This document shows, in pieces, positions 23,301-38,300 of a DNA stretch of 46,113 nt. The position numbers were made by a program, and so were the translations under genes. Location: positions 105,524,742-105,570,854 of the forward strand of contig NC_057717.1 of the NCBI RefSeq assembly GCF_004010195.1. The letters run 5' to 3'. Every line of letters begins with the position of its first letter. The first letter of the stretch is position 1. The notes below the pieces were generated by a model, which was not told the DNA's origin, did not search any database, and saw only the letters and a list, made by a program, of their open reading frames with translations. This stretch comes from Chiloscyllium plagiosum. Lineage: Eukaryota.

Positions 23301-26300
23301 CTACACTGCCCAGTACTCTGTAATCCTGTTACTCCTTCCAAAGTGAATCCCCTCACATTTTTCCACATTAAACTCAATTTGCCACCTCTCAGCCCAGCTC
23401 TGCAGCTTATGTCCCTCTGTAACCTGCAATATGCTTCAGCATTATCTACAACTCTACTAACCTTAGTGTCATCCGCAAATTTACTAACCTATCCTTCCAT
23501 GCCCTCATCCAGGTCATTTATAAAAATGACAAACAGCAGTGGCCCCAAAACAGATCCTTGCGATACACCACTAGTAACTGAACTCCAGGATCAATATTTC
23601 CCATCAACCACCACCCTCTGTCTTCTTTCAGCTGGCCAATTTCTGATCCAAACCTAAATCACCCTCCACCCCATGCCATGTGACTTCTCATGTCTCCTCC
23701 TGGCTCCTCTTCACTCTCTCTTTCAGTCTTTCCTGGCTAACTTGTAACTCTGAAGCACCCTAATTGGGCCATCATATCTCATCCTAACATAAACCTTCTT
23801 CTTCCTCTTGACAAGAGATTCAACTTCCTTAGTAAACCACAGCTCCAGAGCTCGACAACTCCCTCCCAGCCTGCCCGGTACATACCTTACCCCACTGAGT
23901 CTCTGAAACAAAATCAACACCATGTTATTGCAATGGTTTCATTTTATAACCACACAGAACCACATTTCAATTAAAAAGGAACTTGGAAAGGAGACAGTTT
24001 TGAATGTTTTGAAGGTACAAGATCAAAAGTGAATTCAGATAGTTTTGGAAACTCGTGCAAAACACCAGGTCAAAGTGACACAAGCAGCCAGTGAATCCTC
24101 GATCTAATCGACAGCAACATTGGGTAAATATTCCTGTGGAAATGTTTAACACTTCTCAGTGCTGCTCCTGGGGCGGGGGGAGAAGCTCCTGACCTGCAAA
24201 CATTCACCGTGGTAGGTAACAGTCACTGAGCTGAACTGTTGGAAGGGCCTTGTCATTTCCTGTCAGTCTACCTCCTGCTCAGCCTCTCTCAACATAATCC
24301 ATCTGCTCCAACACAGAGCAATGCTCCAGCCAGCTGGGAGAGGGGGAGAGCCCCATTAGAAATACTCCATACTTGCGCTTGTCATTGTCAACGGATTAAA
24401 TAATTGCATTTATGTAGCACCTTTCACAACCTCAGGACATCCCAATATGCTGTAACGTCAATGAAGTACTTTTGAAGATAGTCACCATAATAATCAAGGT
24501 GGTGTAGCAAGCACCTACTCAACATGGTACTACCAGGGTCACCTCAAAGAGTGATGGGAGGGCAGAGATACGTATTCGAGGCCCCAGTCGATGGACTGAC
24601 TTATCGGGGATGGATGAAGGTCAGTCCCTCAGCCTGTCCTGGCTGGACATTTTACCCAGCAGCTAACTGGATCGGAACTATAAATGGAGTCACCCCTTCC
24701 AGCAGAGGGGTGGTGCAAGTTTGGATCTCAGTCAGGAATTCAAGTTGGAATGGGGTGTATGAGTACGGGTGTGCGAGATCAAGTGAGTGTGTGGGGGAGT
24801 GTGTTAGCAGGAACAAGTGTGGGCGAGAGCGTGTGCAGACAAGTGTACGTGTGTAAGTGAGTAAATGTATGTGTATGAGTGAGTGAGAGAGAGGGTGCGA
24901 GTGTGCACGCAAGAGTGGCTAAGTGTGAGGTGTACGCGCATTAGACCGAATGTGACGCTGGGAGACTGTACCAAGAACAGCAAAAACAAACTCTCCATGT
25001 CTCAATTTCAAACACAAAAGTGAAAATTGATGATACAGTGAACAATGAAAAGCAACTGATGGTTATATACTTTCTCCACAGATGATGAAATATCCTCGAA
25101 GCTTCATAAGAACATTATAAAATAAAAGATGACACTGAACCATGCAAGGAGATATTAGGGCTTGGGCAGATCGGAGGGTCTGAAAAGGAGGAAAGTGTCC
25201 TCGAGAGATTTATAAAGGCAACACCAGAGCTTAATATCCAGTACCTCACAGCTACATCACAAACCAAGGCATTGGACCAAAATTTTAACCAAACATTCCT
25301 GCTGAGTTCCTGGGTAGTCTGAGACCCTCCTGAAAACTCACCAGCAGCTCTGGAAGCGCTCACAATCAGTAAATCCGTCAGCTCAGTAAATAAACCCAAG
25401 CTCAGTGCTGCAAAACCACAGAATTTAGTGAGCCATTGTTTGGATATTGAGGCCATTGACCTGAATGTATATTTAACATCTGCTCTCACATCCATTTTAA
25501 TCACTGTTGACTCATCTCTGTAGATTTGTTTGGAAAGCCAAGTAACCTCACTTGTCCTACAAATGCCTTTCGCTTTCCCAGTTCCCACTTCCACCTTCTC
25601 CTGAAGGCAGTGGCTCACCCAGGGTTACAGGGAGCAGGAACAGTGAGACACAGCCCCCTTACCCTGACCACAGCACCACCTGGACTTCAGCTTGCTTTCA
25701 GCCCTGGGGTGCTCAGGCCAGTTTTAACATGTTAGTCCAGTCCAGCTAACATCACTGACCTGAGAACATCCGTCTGGCTCAGCCACTGATCCTTACACAG
25801 TAACAGATCTGCATTCAGTGATTTTGCTGTGACTGTCAGCACCATGACTGCTTTAAACTGGTTCCTCACTTCCTCAACCACCTGGTGATTGCAGACAGTA
25901 TTCCCACTTCAGGGAAAGACGGTCAACACTCACTTCAGGAACTGCAGTACAAAATCCAGGCCAACATCAGCAGAGGTACACTGAGGGGGTGCCACACTGG
26001 TTTAGGCCTGGTCTTTTGATCTGGTCATTAAATGGAGATCCTGTCTGGGTTTTCAGGTTGGTGTAAAAGGTTCCCACTGCACAATTTAAACATAACTGCA
26101 AAGGATTTCCCAGGGACCTGGCCAATATCTATCCCTCAACCAACATCAGAGAGACAGAAACATTGTCATCACTTGTTTGTGGCAGCTTGCAGTGACATAA
26201 ACTCCCCAACCATAAAACAATCAGGGCAGGAGTTTATTTTAATTCCCCACCACCTCCCCATTCACTGCCTGGGAACAAAGAGTCTCTCAGCAGGCACCAT

Positions 26301-29300
26301 GTTTGACACCATGCTGAGAGAGAGAAATCAGGAGTCTCCCAGTCACTCCACCAACTCTCACATGAGCTGACTATTCTTCTCGAAGTGGGGTTATTTTAAG
26401 ACTGTTTTATTGACATGACTGTTGTGTACCACACCCCCAGCTCCACTTCGTTCACAAAAACACACACACACACAGAGCACTTTTAGTTTCATGCTGGTTT
26501 CACACAGGAGACAGATCTCAACTCATTTAGTTTGAGAAGTGCCCAGCTCGAACTAAAATAATGCCAGTCCCGTTGGAAAAGACAAGAGGCTGGGAGATGA
26601 CAGGATCACTCCCAGGTCGATGCTGATCGACAGTTTACTGTGTCTGGGAGGAGCCTGGCGCAGTGGAGAAACATCAGTTATCAGCTTGACAGGCCAAACT
26701 CCGATAGGGCGGAAAGGCACAAGGAGACTGGCTGCTGATTCTGATAAAGTCGGTGAGAGACAGGGCAGAGCTGAACTGCAGCTGCCTTTCCCCACTGCCC
26801 TGTCAAACACACACAGACACAGACAGAGACAGCAGCACAAGGTGGAATGACTGACAACACTCCTCCGACCGGGAAGATTGTGAACATAAGGCTGTTGAAC
26901 AAGAGCACAGAGGGAATCCTGATTAACTCTGATCCATAGGAATTAAAGGTACAGGAGCATGTTCCTCACTGGACATTTCCCTTGTGATCTGAAGTTGAGA
27001 ATATTAGATACAGTCAGATATCCAGCTATTGGGAAGCTCAAGTCTGCTTACAGGTAAGGACTTTTTGTTATCTTACAATACTCCAGTGAAATACATCGCT
27101 TTTGTTAAATGCGACTTCTCAGGTTTTGCCAAGAAAGTTAAACAAGTTTTCTCTCAGGATTCTATATAGTGTACTGACCCACTGGGAGACAAAGACACAC
27201 CCACATCTCTTAAGAAATCAGACAAGTGAAAGGATTCCGCTATTCAGGTGGGTTAATGGTCCCAGTGATCTGAGAATTGTTAACAATTCCCATGTCACCC
27301 CAAGCCGCTCAGCAATACCCCTCCCTCAGACACTACCAGGAAACAATGGCAGGCCAATCTCTCATCTCCTTAACGGGAAAACCTCCAGCAACAATCACAC
27401 ATAAAGATATGAAGATTTACACCGTCCGGCCTGCTCCCCTTTTCAACCAGGTCATGATCCGATTACTCTGTATTTCCAATTGCCCACAACGACCTCTCAC
27501 CCTCCCTTTGCTGATCGGGAATCGAACCTTTAAGAAACAGGGTCAAGGCCTCAGTTCCTCAAAACATGGTGGAAGGAGAATTGCAGAGACTCACTCTGTG
27601 AGAAAAACCATTTCCCCTCACCTCTGCTTCAAATAGGTGAGCCTTTATTTTCAAACTGTGACCCAAGTCTGAGATTCTCCCACAAACTGAACCATCCTCC
27701 CGACTCGGTCAAGACCCCCTGGGCTCTTGTAGGTTTCAATCCAGTCAGCTTGGATTCTTATGAAAACTCCAGAGGAAGCAGGACCTAGCCTTTTCCCCAT
27801 AAAGCAAAATGCCTATTGCCAACATTAGGTGAAAGGGAGGACTGCAGATGCTGGAGATCAGAGTGGTGCTGGAAAAGCACAGCAGGTCAGGGAGCATCCG
27901 AGGAGCAGGAAAATCGACATTTTGGGCAAGAGCCCAAAGGTCCTGATGAAGGGCTTTTGCCCGAAACATTGATTTTCCTGCTCCTCGGATTCTGCCTGAC
28001 CTGCTGTGTTTTCCCAGCACCACTCTAACCTTGACATTACCAGCATTAGTCTGATCAACTTTCTCTGACCTCCTCCCAACACTTTAACATTTTCTTTAAC
28101 GAAGGGGACTGAGACGGTTCTCAGAACTCAAGATGTGGTTCTCAACTAATTTATTATCTATTCAACTCCTCTCACAATCAACAATAATATCCCATTAGTT
28201 TGTTAATTACTTGCTGCAGCTGAACATCAACCTATTGCAATTCATGAACGATGAGATTTAGATATTTCTACACACTCTCACTGTTCAGGCAACTTGCATT
28301 TTTAAAAAAAAATTCCTCCTGCCAAAATGAGCCGTTTCACTTTCCCAAAGAGCTGCTGCCTGACCTGCTGTGCTTTGCCAGCACCATACTCTGCATCTGC
28401 AGTCCTCACTTTCTCCTGAGTTCACATTTCCCACATTGTACAAGGGTGCCTCGACTTACAAACACAATCCAGTGCAGGGCTGGAATTATAAAGATCTGAT
28501 ATAAATACAGGAAATGCTCATATGAATGGTTATGTTATCTGGAGTTACATACAAAATGACTTGCAAACAGACTCCAGAACAGAGCTGGTTTGCATACTTG
28601 ACTATCTAGATCCCTTTGTAGTTTCCTTATATTCTCTTTGCGATGTACTTTTCTATGTACCTTTGTGTCATCAGCAAATGCAGCCAGCATACTTTCCATC
28701 CCTTCAGTCAAATCATTCACATGAACGTGGACAGCTGAGGTCTTAGCACTGGCCCCTGGAGCACACCACTCAGGACATCCTGCCTAGCCGAGACCCACCT
28801 TTTGATGGCTGTTGCTGTTCGGCAGTTAATCTTCCATCCTTACCAATGTGCCACCCCTACAGCACAAGCTGTGATTTCCCAAAATGACCTCTCATGTGGC
28901 ACTTCTGAAAGTCTAAGAAGTGCTACATCCACTGGTTTCCCTTCATCCTCAGCATGTCATTTCCTTAAAGAACTCCAACAGATTGGTTCAACAATATTTC
29001 TTGGTGATGCTGTCTGATCACCTTGAATCTTCCAGGGTACCTGCCGATACTTATTTATCAACAGTTTCTAACGTTTCCCCGATGACAAAAGGTAAGCGCA
29101 TTGGCCTGGAGTTGAAAAGTCAATGTGTTGCAGATGCTGGAGAACCTCAGCAGGTCTGTCAACATCTGGGAGAGAGAAAGAGTCAAGGTGGAGTTCAAAG
29201 TGATTTTTCATCATAACTGCAGTTTTCTGTCTCCCTGTTTTTGGAAGTTGTTTGCAGCTCACTGTTAAATCACTGTCCATCAATCCCCTCTCTGAAACAC

Positions 29301-32300
29301 CTTGGGATGTTTAACTATGTTAAAGGCGCTATCTAAAGGCAGAGTTGCTGAGATCAGTAAAGAAAGGCAGCAATCTTTTAATAACATGACATGAAATTAC
29401 ATTAACTATTTCTTTCTGAGAATCACTGGTCCTAAACTCTAAGAAAAAAAAAAATCAAGTGCTCACTATGATCTGGTCTTGAGTAGTAGATTGGCTTAAT
29501 CTCAGCTCAGTTTCCTCCCCAATTTATCAATCTTGAAATGTTCATTTTTGTAATTTGTGTCACTGATGTGAACATTTAAATTAAATCAGTGACTTAATTA
29601 AACAAAGTGTAGTCAATACAACGTCTTCCTTTCTCTGCCAGTACAGCCCTTCCTTTAAAGTGGTTTAAAAAAAACTATGAATTAATGGTGATGATAAATT
29701 TTGTAATCGGAGTCATTTATCACAAACTTCTTGTACTACTCAGTGAGAAAGGGACATCGCTTTTTTTTAGTTATATGGGTACCAGGATAGTAATTAACTT
29801 GTCATAACACAGTCAGTTCAACATTTTGTGTTTGCTTTGTAACAATAGTACGGCTTTAACAATTGCATTTTGTCCTGGTTTCTATTTTATTAATGAAGAA
29901 AGATTGAGACAGAGGTCTCGAGCAGTCTGCTGAAAGCCAATAACATAAACACCTTGTGNNNNNNNNNNNNNNNNNNNNNNNNNNNNNNNNNNNNNNNNNN
30001 NNNNNNNNNNNNNNNNNNNNNNNNNNNNNNNNNNNNNNNNNNNNNNNNNNNNNNNNNNNNNNNNNNNNNNNNNNNNNNNNNNNNNNNNNNNNNNNNNNNN
30101 NNNNNNNNNNNNNNNNNNNNNNNNNNNNNNNNNNNNNNNNNNNNNNNNNNNNNNNNNNNNNNNNNNNNNNNNNNNNNNNNNNNNNNNNNNNNNNNNNNNN
30201 NNNNNNNNNNNNNNNNNNNNNNNNNNNNNNNNNNNNNNNNNNNNNNNNNNNNNNNNNNNNNNNNNNNNNNNNNNNNNNNNNNNNNNNNNNNNNNNNNNNN
30301 NNNNNNNNNNNNNNNNNNNNNNNNNNNNNNNNNNNNNNNNNNNNNNNNNNNNNNNNNNNNNNNNNNNNNNNNNNNNNNNNNNNNNNNNNNNNNNNNNNNN
30401 NNNNNNNNNNNNNNNNNNNNNNNNNNNNNNNNNNNNNNNNNNNNNNNNNNNNNNNNNNGAAGACAGCTCAATCAGAGATAGTTTTTAAACGAGGAGTAAG
30501 TGGCAAGAGGAAATGCCAGAGATTATCGCTCAATTACCTGAAGGCTCGATCGCGAAGGAGTGATGGAAATGGGATGGGGGTGTGTGCGGCTGAGATGGGG
30601 CCAGAGTAGGAGAGATTACCAGATAGAGAGGGGCATGGTTTGGACTTGAAACGAGGATGACCAGGATAAAATGGGAAACATTTTCCCCTCACTGCTCCCT
30701 CAGGGCCGTTAGCTGGATTCATTCCACACGTGTCAGTGTTCCACCACAGCTCTCTCAGTCAAGGCATTTGCTGACAAAAAGCTGATCACAAACACAACAC
30801 AACGTGAGCCTTGAACTAGTTTCCAAAGATTGGGCAATTCTCCATCACAGAAACGTGAAGGAGGCCAAGTCACTGAAAATGTTCAGCAAAGAGACGGCTA
30901 CATTGTTTAAAAAACATTTTAAAGGTCTCAAGGAGTATGGGGAGAAAGTGGGGATTTGGTGTTGCGATCAGCCATGATGGTATAGGATGGCAGAACAGCC
31001 TACTCCTGCTCCTAGTTTCAATATTCCTATGTTTCAATGTGTTGTTTTTCTATGTGTCGCAGGTTTTGAACCTCCCAGCTCCTACAATCCCAGCTGGAAT
31101 GATAGTGATGTTCATCACCAACCTCCTGTTCCTGGTGGGTTTAGCAACAGCCGAAGGAGCCGCCCCAAAACCGGGCACCGGGCACCAACATGCCAAGAGA
31201 GGGGAGACCAGCAGAGGGGCCAGGCCCTCGGCTGAGAGCCCAGGGACCAGTGGGTGTACCTACACCTTCATTGTCCCACAGCAACAGCTGACAGGCCCGA
31301 TCTGCCTGAACACCAGGAGCCCAGTGTCCCACAACCACAGTGAGCTCCAGGTCATACGCCAGGAGATGAGGGAACAGCAGCAACAAATCGAAGACCTGAG
31401 ACAAATGGTGGAGGTGGACGGGGACGTGCTCAACGAGGTGAAGATTCTGCGCAAGGAAAACGTCATCATGAACACCAGGGTGACCCAGCTCTACACCCAG
31501 TTACTGCACGAGATCATTCAGAAGAAGGACGACTCCCTGGAGGTTTCCCAACTGGAGAACATGGTGCTGAACGTCACGGCTCAGGTACTGAAGCTCTCGA
31601 GCAAGTACAGGGAGCTGGAGCGCAAGTACACGGCCCTCAGCTCACTCCTGAACAACCAGAGCCAAACCATCAGTCAGCTGGAACAACAGTGCAGGCTGTG
31701 CTCTCAGGAACACCAGCAGAACCAGCAGCACAAACCCCAGGTAAAACCACGGCTTCCCTCCTTCACGCTCCTCCACATCGACTCGACAATCCAGGCACAC
31801 ACTCTCTCTCTCGCCCCCAACACCCCCCGCCCTGTGGGGAGTAGGAAGTGCTCAGTTTCACGACCCACCCCACTCCTCACACTGTCCCAAACAGGAGCTG
31901 GGACGGGACGGGACGGGACGGGGGGGGGGGGGGGGGGGATAGTAAAACAGAGCAGAACCCCACGGTAACCATTACACTGTCCATGTCACAGGGGGGGTCA
32001 CCCCGAGACCCGGACCCCCCGTCACAGGGAGGGTCACCCCGAGACCCTGACCCCCGTCACAGGGAGGGTCACCCCGAGACCCTGACCCCCCGTCACCCCA
32101 AGACCCTGACCCCCCGTCACCCCGAGACCCTGACCCCCGTCACCCCGAGACCCTGACCCCCGTCACAGGGAGGGTCACCCCGAGACCCTGACCCCCGTCA
32201 CAGGGACCTTGATGCCTTTTTTCCAAAAAGAGACTTTACCTTCAGGTCAGGGATGAAGTGCGGCCAAATCCCTCCCCGAACAAACTACAAAACCATCCCA

Positions 32301-35300
32301 CCATTGGGTTGCTGGGAGATGTGGAACATCAGGAATAAGGAAGTGGGCTGAAATAGGTGAGAGACCCAGTCCGACTTGAACTGGACAGGGCTCTGTAACA
32401 GAGAGGAGCCTCTGATCGGAACACAACCATCCTCAAAGCTCAAATCGATCACTTCCCTGCATTCCCAGGTTTGGAGGGAGGGAGTTTAGCCGCGGAAAAC
32501 GTGATACATGATTCACCCTCCGGCACCACTTCCCATCTCCCCAAACCCCATCACATTCTTGGGATTATGACCATTAGACAGTGTGCTATCTGCAACATAT
32601 TGTTGACAGTAGCGTATGTCTGTGAGCTGGTGACAGACAGAGACAGTCAGTCGCGAGCAGTTCACTCAGAGCCTGGGGAGAAGGGAGTACAGTGTGTATC
32701 TAAAGAACGCTCTGGATACCTCTTGCTGCTCGTGAACACAAACTCAACTCAGGACTTGGACATCCACCACTTTGTGTGGATGCAGAACCCAGTCTCACAC
32801 TGGCACAGCCAAGGGTTAATCAGTAAAAACTAGTTTGAGGTGAGGGATGTGACAGATTTACATGGAATGATCTCCCTGGAGGGGGGGACTTGTGTGTTTA
32901 TCAACAGGCACTAGGACAGCCACCACTCGTGGCTGTGATACCCAACACTCGGAACGCTAGCAACAACTGGAGCAAGAGCTTGGTCTCGGGCAACGAAATA
33001 CTGAAGGATCAGGATTACAGCGTGGCACAGGACAGGCTGAAGAGAAGACAGCAGTCACCTCCTCCCACAACAATCCCGATGGCAACGACCAAGACAGCCG
33101 GTGAGTAAACAGTCACCTCTCAGGGACGCTGCAGTGGGAGATACTGCCCCCTGTGTTTACCATCGGCACACCCCTTGAACCTGCTGACCACGGAGAGGAC
33201 ACTTTCCACAAGCTCTCTAATGTCACAGCTGACACGATCATTCAACACAAAATCCCCACCACATCCAATTCACTCATAATATGCCTCCAGTCATCGGGGG
33301 GAAATAGGCTCCTTACGTATTCTAGCTTCTCTGGCTCGGCCCATCCTTAATTGCCCTCGAGGTGGTGGATACCCCATGGAAAGGTGGGTAAATCACCAAA
33401 TAGCCTCGGTGTGTCCATTACCCGATGGTGTGCACACTGACTGGCTCCTTAGTTAATATTTCACCGAAATCACGTTCTACGTTTTGATTGGATACACCAA
33501 TTCTAGCTTTTGAACTTTGAGGGCTCCTTTGTTTCTCCATTCTTCATTCCCAATGAAATTATCCAATCGGCTGATGGAGCGTTGTGGCTGTGAGGGGAGG
33601 CAGTGAGATCGCCTGGGGTGGGACTGTGTCCATCCTTTCACCAGAGGGGACGGTCTTGTGTTGAATCACCCACAATCCTACACTGAGGTCAGCCAGGTAG
33701 CAACTATCCATTCAAACACAAGCAGGCTGACAACAAAGGTCTCGTCCCTAGGGTGGGACAGATCTTTAAGGGGAGGGGAAAGATTTAAAAAGGGACACGA
33801 GGGGCAACTTCCTCATAGAGAGAGAGTGGCTCATGCGTGGAACCAACTGCCAAAGGAAGCAGGGGATGCAGGTACAGCCACGATGGACAGAAATAGGAAA
33901 ACATCAGGGGCAAATGGGCCGCTCACAATGAGGTGGGACGAGATGGGGAAGTCTAGTCGGTTTTGGTTTTGCCGCTGTTTAACTATTATTTACTTATTTA
34001 TGCTACTTAACTCTGTGATCCTGCCTGTTGTTGCTCACAAGACAAAGCTTTTCGCTGTGCCTCAGTACACGTGACAATAAATTCAATTCAATTCATTCAA
34101 TGGTCCAAAAGATGCGTTTTCGTGTTGTATGACTCTATTGTTCTGCAGCTGGTGGGTGAAGTGCAGGGAAAACACATCGAAAAATTGTGCTGTCGTGGTT
34201 TTGGGGGGTGGGGGAAAGGGTGATCCTTCACCTCATTCTGTCAGTGATGGAGATTGCTCAATAACTCCCTTATCATGAGCTGGTGTCCCCCCAGGACAGC
34301 GGAAGCCAAATCAGGTCCAGAGTGGCCTCAGTTCACCAAGCATTCCCGTTTTCCAAGAGACACGAGAACAAAGAGAAACAACATAGATACAAGACAGCTA
34401 AGGAAATATTCTTCAAACTAATCTTGGTTTCTCATGTGCCCTGCTAAAAATAACCATGGCAAAGCCAGACACACAGATGTCTCACTGCCACTACCTCTGA
34501 CTGGAGGAGCTGATATCTCCCCCCTCCGCACACCCCTCCATTTGCTTCTCTCTGCTCCTGTTGCACACACTGTCTTAAAGACACATGGCAAGTTCCCCCA
34601 AAGGAGATGGTGAACTCCAATCCTGCGTGTCCCATTTCAATCCTACTCTGTGAATGTTAAAATGCTGCTTCATCACATCTGGATTTAGCACAGGGATCAC
34701 AGACTGGTGGAAAACCAAGGCCAGCCAATTCCGAGATCCCAGTGGGACAAACCTCTCTCCACCCTCCACCACCGCCCCCCCCACCCGGCAACAGGGAGAG
34801 GGGTAAATCCAGTGCCATCTCCCAACTCTCCACCCCCGGCTCAGACACCACCTCAAGGGACTGGCTTGTTTTCTTCAAAAACAGGTAAAGTCCAAACAAA
34901 TGTCTGAAGATCAAAGTAAGATTGGAATGTGTTGTGAAGCATCTTAAATAAGGCAGAAGAAAGAAGTTAAACGAAGGTCACTGTGGGTCTGGAAACATTC
35001 TCTGACCTTTTAGTAACTGCCACTCACACCACAGATTGAAGCAAGTCACAGGGCAGCAATGAACATACTCACTTTCTGTGATAATAGACCATTGCTACAA
35101 AACACAAAAGCTGCTCCCACAGCTCTAATAACATAGCAACCACTGACAATAAAACATGTGAACTACAGCACAGCTTGCTCAGTAACAGGTCTCCCTCCCA
35201 CTTAAGGCCGAGTCATCGAGTCAGAGCTATACAGCACGGGAACAGACCCTTCGGTCCAGCTCATCCATGCCAGCCAGATATCCTCAATTCATCAAGTCCC

Positions 35301-38300
35301 ATTTGCCAGCACTTGGCCCACATCTCTCTAAAGGACAAAGTGAGGTCTGCAGCTGCTGGAGACTAGAGTTGAGACTGTGGTGCTGGAAAAGTACAGCAGG
35401 TCAGACAGAATCCGAGGAGCAGGAGAGTCGGCGTTTCGGGCAAAAGCCCTTCATCAGGGATCTCCCAGGAATCTGATGCAAGGTTTTTGCCCAAAACATC
35501 GATTCTCCTGCTCCTCGGATGCATCCTGACCTACTGTGCTTTTCCAGCACCACAGTCTCGACCCATATCCCTCTAAACCCTTCCTATTCATATACCCATC
35601 CAGATGCCTTTTAAATGTTGTAATTGTAGCAGCCTCCACTTCCTCTGGTAGCTCATTCCACACACGCACCACCCTCTGTGTGTACACAAAAGTTGCCCCT
35701 CAGGCCCAACAGAAACGGAGGAATTGCTTTTGTCTTTGGTCTGGAAATCTCCTGCACAGACAGCAGTGGAGGTTGGTCATTAAATATAATCAGCACAGAG
35801 TTAGACAGATTTTTGATTGACCAGAGAATGTAGTCAGGCAGGAAATGGCCACAATGAGATCAGCTATATTCCTCACGATTCTTCGAGACTGTGACCTAAT
35901 GAGCTAAAGCACAGCCACACAGAATAGAGAAACATAGCCCCTGTCAGCACTGGTTAGTCCAGGACAGTGTGTCAGCCTGACCTGGGTCAGATTAGCTGGG
36001 CAAAAGTGAGGTCTGCAGATGCTGGAATCAGAGTCGAGAGGGTGGTGCTGGTAAAGCACAGCAGGTCAGGCAGCATCCGGGGAGCAGGAGAATCGACGTT
36101 TTGTACAAAAGCCTCATTACCGATAGAAGGGCTTATGCCTGAAACATCGATTCTCCTGCTCCTGTCTGTCTGTCTCTCAGCCTTCTCTGGATGTACTCAC
36201 TGACCCAGTCTCAACAGCTTTCAGTGGCAAAGAACTCCACAGATTGACTGAAGAAATTTCTCCCCATCGGTTTTAAATGAGTGACCCTTCATTTGGAGGT
36301 TGTGGTTTGCTGATTTGAAACTCTCCCACAAAAGCAAATTACCTCAAACAGACACTAACTCCACTTCTAACCCATTTAATCCACCCTCAACATGTCAGAA
36401 TTAGGAAGGCAATGCTTATAGATACAAGGTTTATTTTCATATTTTTTGTCATTTACATAAATGATTTTGATGTGAGCATAGCAGGTATAGTTAGTAAGTT
36501 TGCAGGTGGAGGTGTAGTGGACAGCGAAGAGGGTTACCTCAGATTACAACAGGATCTGGACCAGATGGGCCAATGGGCTGAGAAGTGGCAGATGGAGTTT
36601 AATTCAGATAAACACAAGGTGCGACATTTTGGGAAAGCAAGTCTTAGCAGGACTTATACACTTCATGGTAAGGTCCGAGGGAGCGCTGCTGAACACAGAG
36701 ACCTTGGAGTGCAGGTTCATAGCTCCTTGAAAGTGGAGTCACAGGTAGATAGGATAGTGAAGGCGGCGTTTGGTATGCTTTCTTTTATTGGTCAGAGTAT
36801 TGAGTACAGGAGTTGGGAGGTCATGTTGCGGCTGTACAGGACATTGGTTAGGCCACTGTTGGAATATTGTGTGCAATTCTGGTCTCCTTCCTATCGGAAA
36901 GATGTTGTGAAACTTGAAAGGGCTCAGAAAAGATTTACAAGGATGTTGCCAGGGTTGGAGGGTCTGAGCTATAGGGAGAGGCTGAACAGGCTGGGGCTGT
37001 TTTCCCTGGAGTGTCGGAGGCTAAAGGGTGACCTTATTGAGGTTTACAAAATTATGAGGGGCATGGATAGGATAAATAGGCAAAGTCTTTTCCCTGGGGT
37101 CGGGGAGTCCAGAACTAGAGAGGTTTAGGGTGAGAGGGGAAAGATATAAAAGAGACCTATGGGGTAACTGTTTCACATAGAGGGTGGTAGGTGTATGGAA
37201 TGAGCTGCCAGAGGAAGTGGTGGAGGCTGGTACAATTACAACATTTAAGAGGCATTGGGATGGGTATTTGAATAGGAAGGGTTTGGAAGGATATGTGCCG
37301 GGTGCTGGCATGTGGGACTAGATTGAGGTTGGGATATCTGGTCAGCATGGACGGGTTGGACCGAAGGGTTTGTGTCTGTGCTGTACATCTCTATGACTCA
37401 AATTTCTGACATCACTTGCTCCCTCGATGCCCAAAGTTGTTGTACAGAATGGACATACTGTGGTCAGGGACGAGGAGGACAATATCCTGGGAATGAGCAT
37501 CGGAATAACATACGGATAGGGCCAGATGGGAGTGGTTCTGTGGGGTTACTGGGCGATTCTGTTTTGACCAGGTCCCTGGAAGGATTGTCTCCAGGTTTTG
37601 GAAGATGGTCACCGATCCAGTGGGATCTACTTGATCAAGCCAACCACCAATCGCCTGATGCAGGTCTGGTGTGACCAGCAGGAGGGTCCCAGCGGCTGGA
37701 CCGTCATCCAGAGACGGCAAGATGGTTCGGTCAATTTCTTCAGGACCTGGGAGAGTTACAAGGTGAGTGAAGGTGGGGCATCAGCTGCCTAGCATTCCGC
37801 CCTCAGTCTGTGTCCACCTCCCTCACACATACATTTCCCATAACAGGCCCAGGCCTGGGCTGCTTCGGGGCCCAGAGTATAAAGGGCACCCTCAGTTACT
37901 GGGCACTACACACCTATCCTCGGACCTCCGGCCCACACCAGAGAAGATACTGGAGAAACTCAGCAGGTTAGTGGAGACAGAAGTTGAAACTTTATTGCTG
38001 GAACAGCACAGCAGGTCAGGCAGCATCCAGGGAACAGGAGATTCGACGTTTCGGGCACAGGCCCTTCTTCAGGAATGAGCAGAGAGTGTTCAGCAGGAGA
38101 AGATAAAAGGTAGGGAGGAGGGACTTGGAGGAGGGAAGTTGGAAATGTGATAGGTGGAAAGAGGTCAAGGTGAGGGTGATAGGTCGGAGTAGGATGGAGG
38201 CGGAGAGGTCAAGAAGAAGACTGCAGGTCAGGAAGGCGGCTGTGTTCCTACACCAACATTTCTGTCCCAGATCTGTTGCAGTGTTCCTTAACGCAAGTTC

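Noticed and set aside
25115..25618. 167-aa minus-strand ORF as an extra gene
   Set aside because: No recognisable domain or supported splice structure; probably chance.
30937..31968. 343-aa ORF taken as the full protein
   Set aside because: The first 54 codons are intron/UTR (a CR1-tail-like stretch and the acceptor at 31062), and the part after 31740 reads through a donor site.
31985..32205. CRISPR-like array (also 44278-44425)
   Set aside because: These are tandem units without unique spacers, there are no cas genes, and the context is a vertebrate intron.
36412..37128. Functional or domesticated reverse transcriptase gene
   Set aside because: It is a 5'-truncated CR1 fragment with the FADD catalytic motif deleted (reads KFAGGG).
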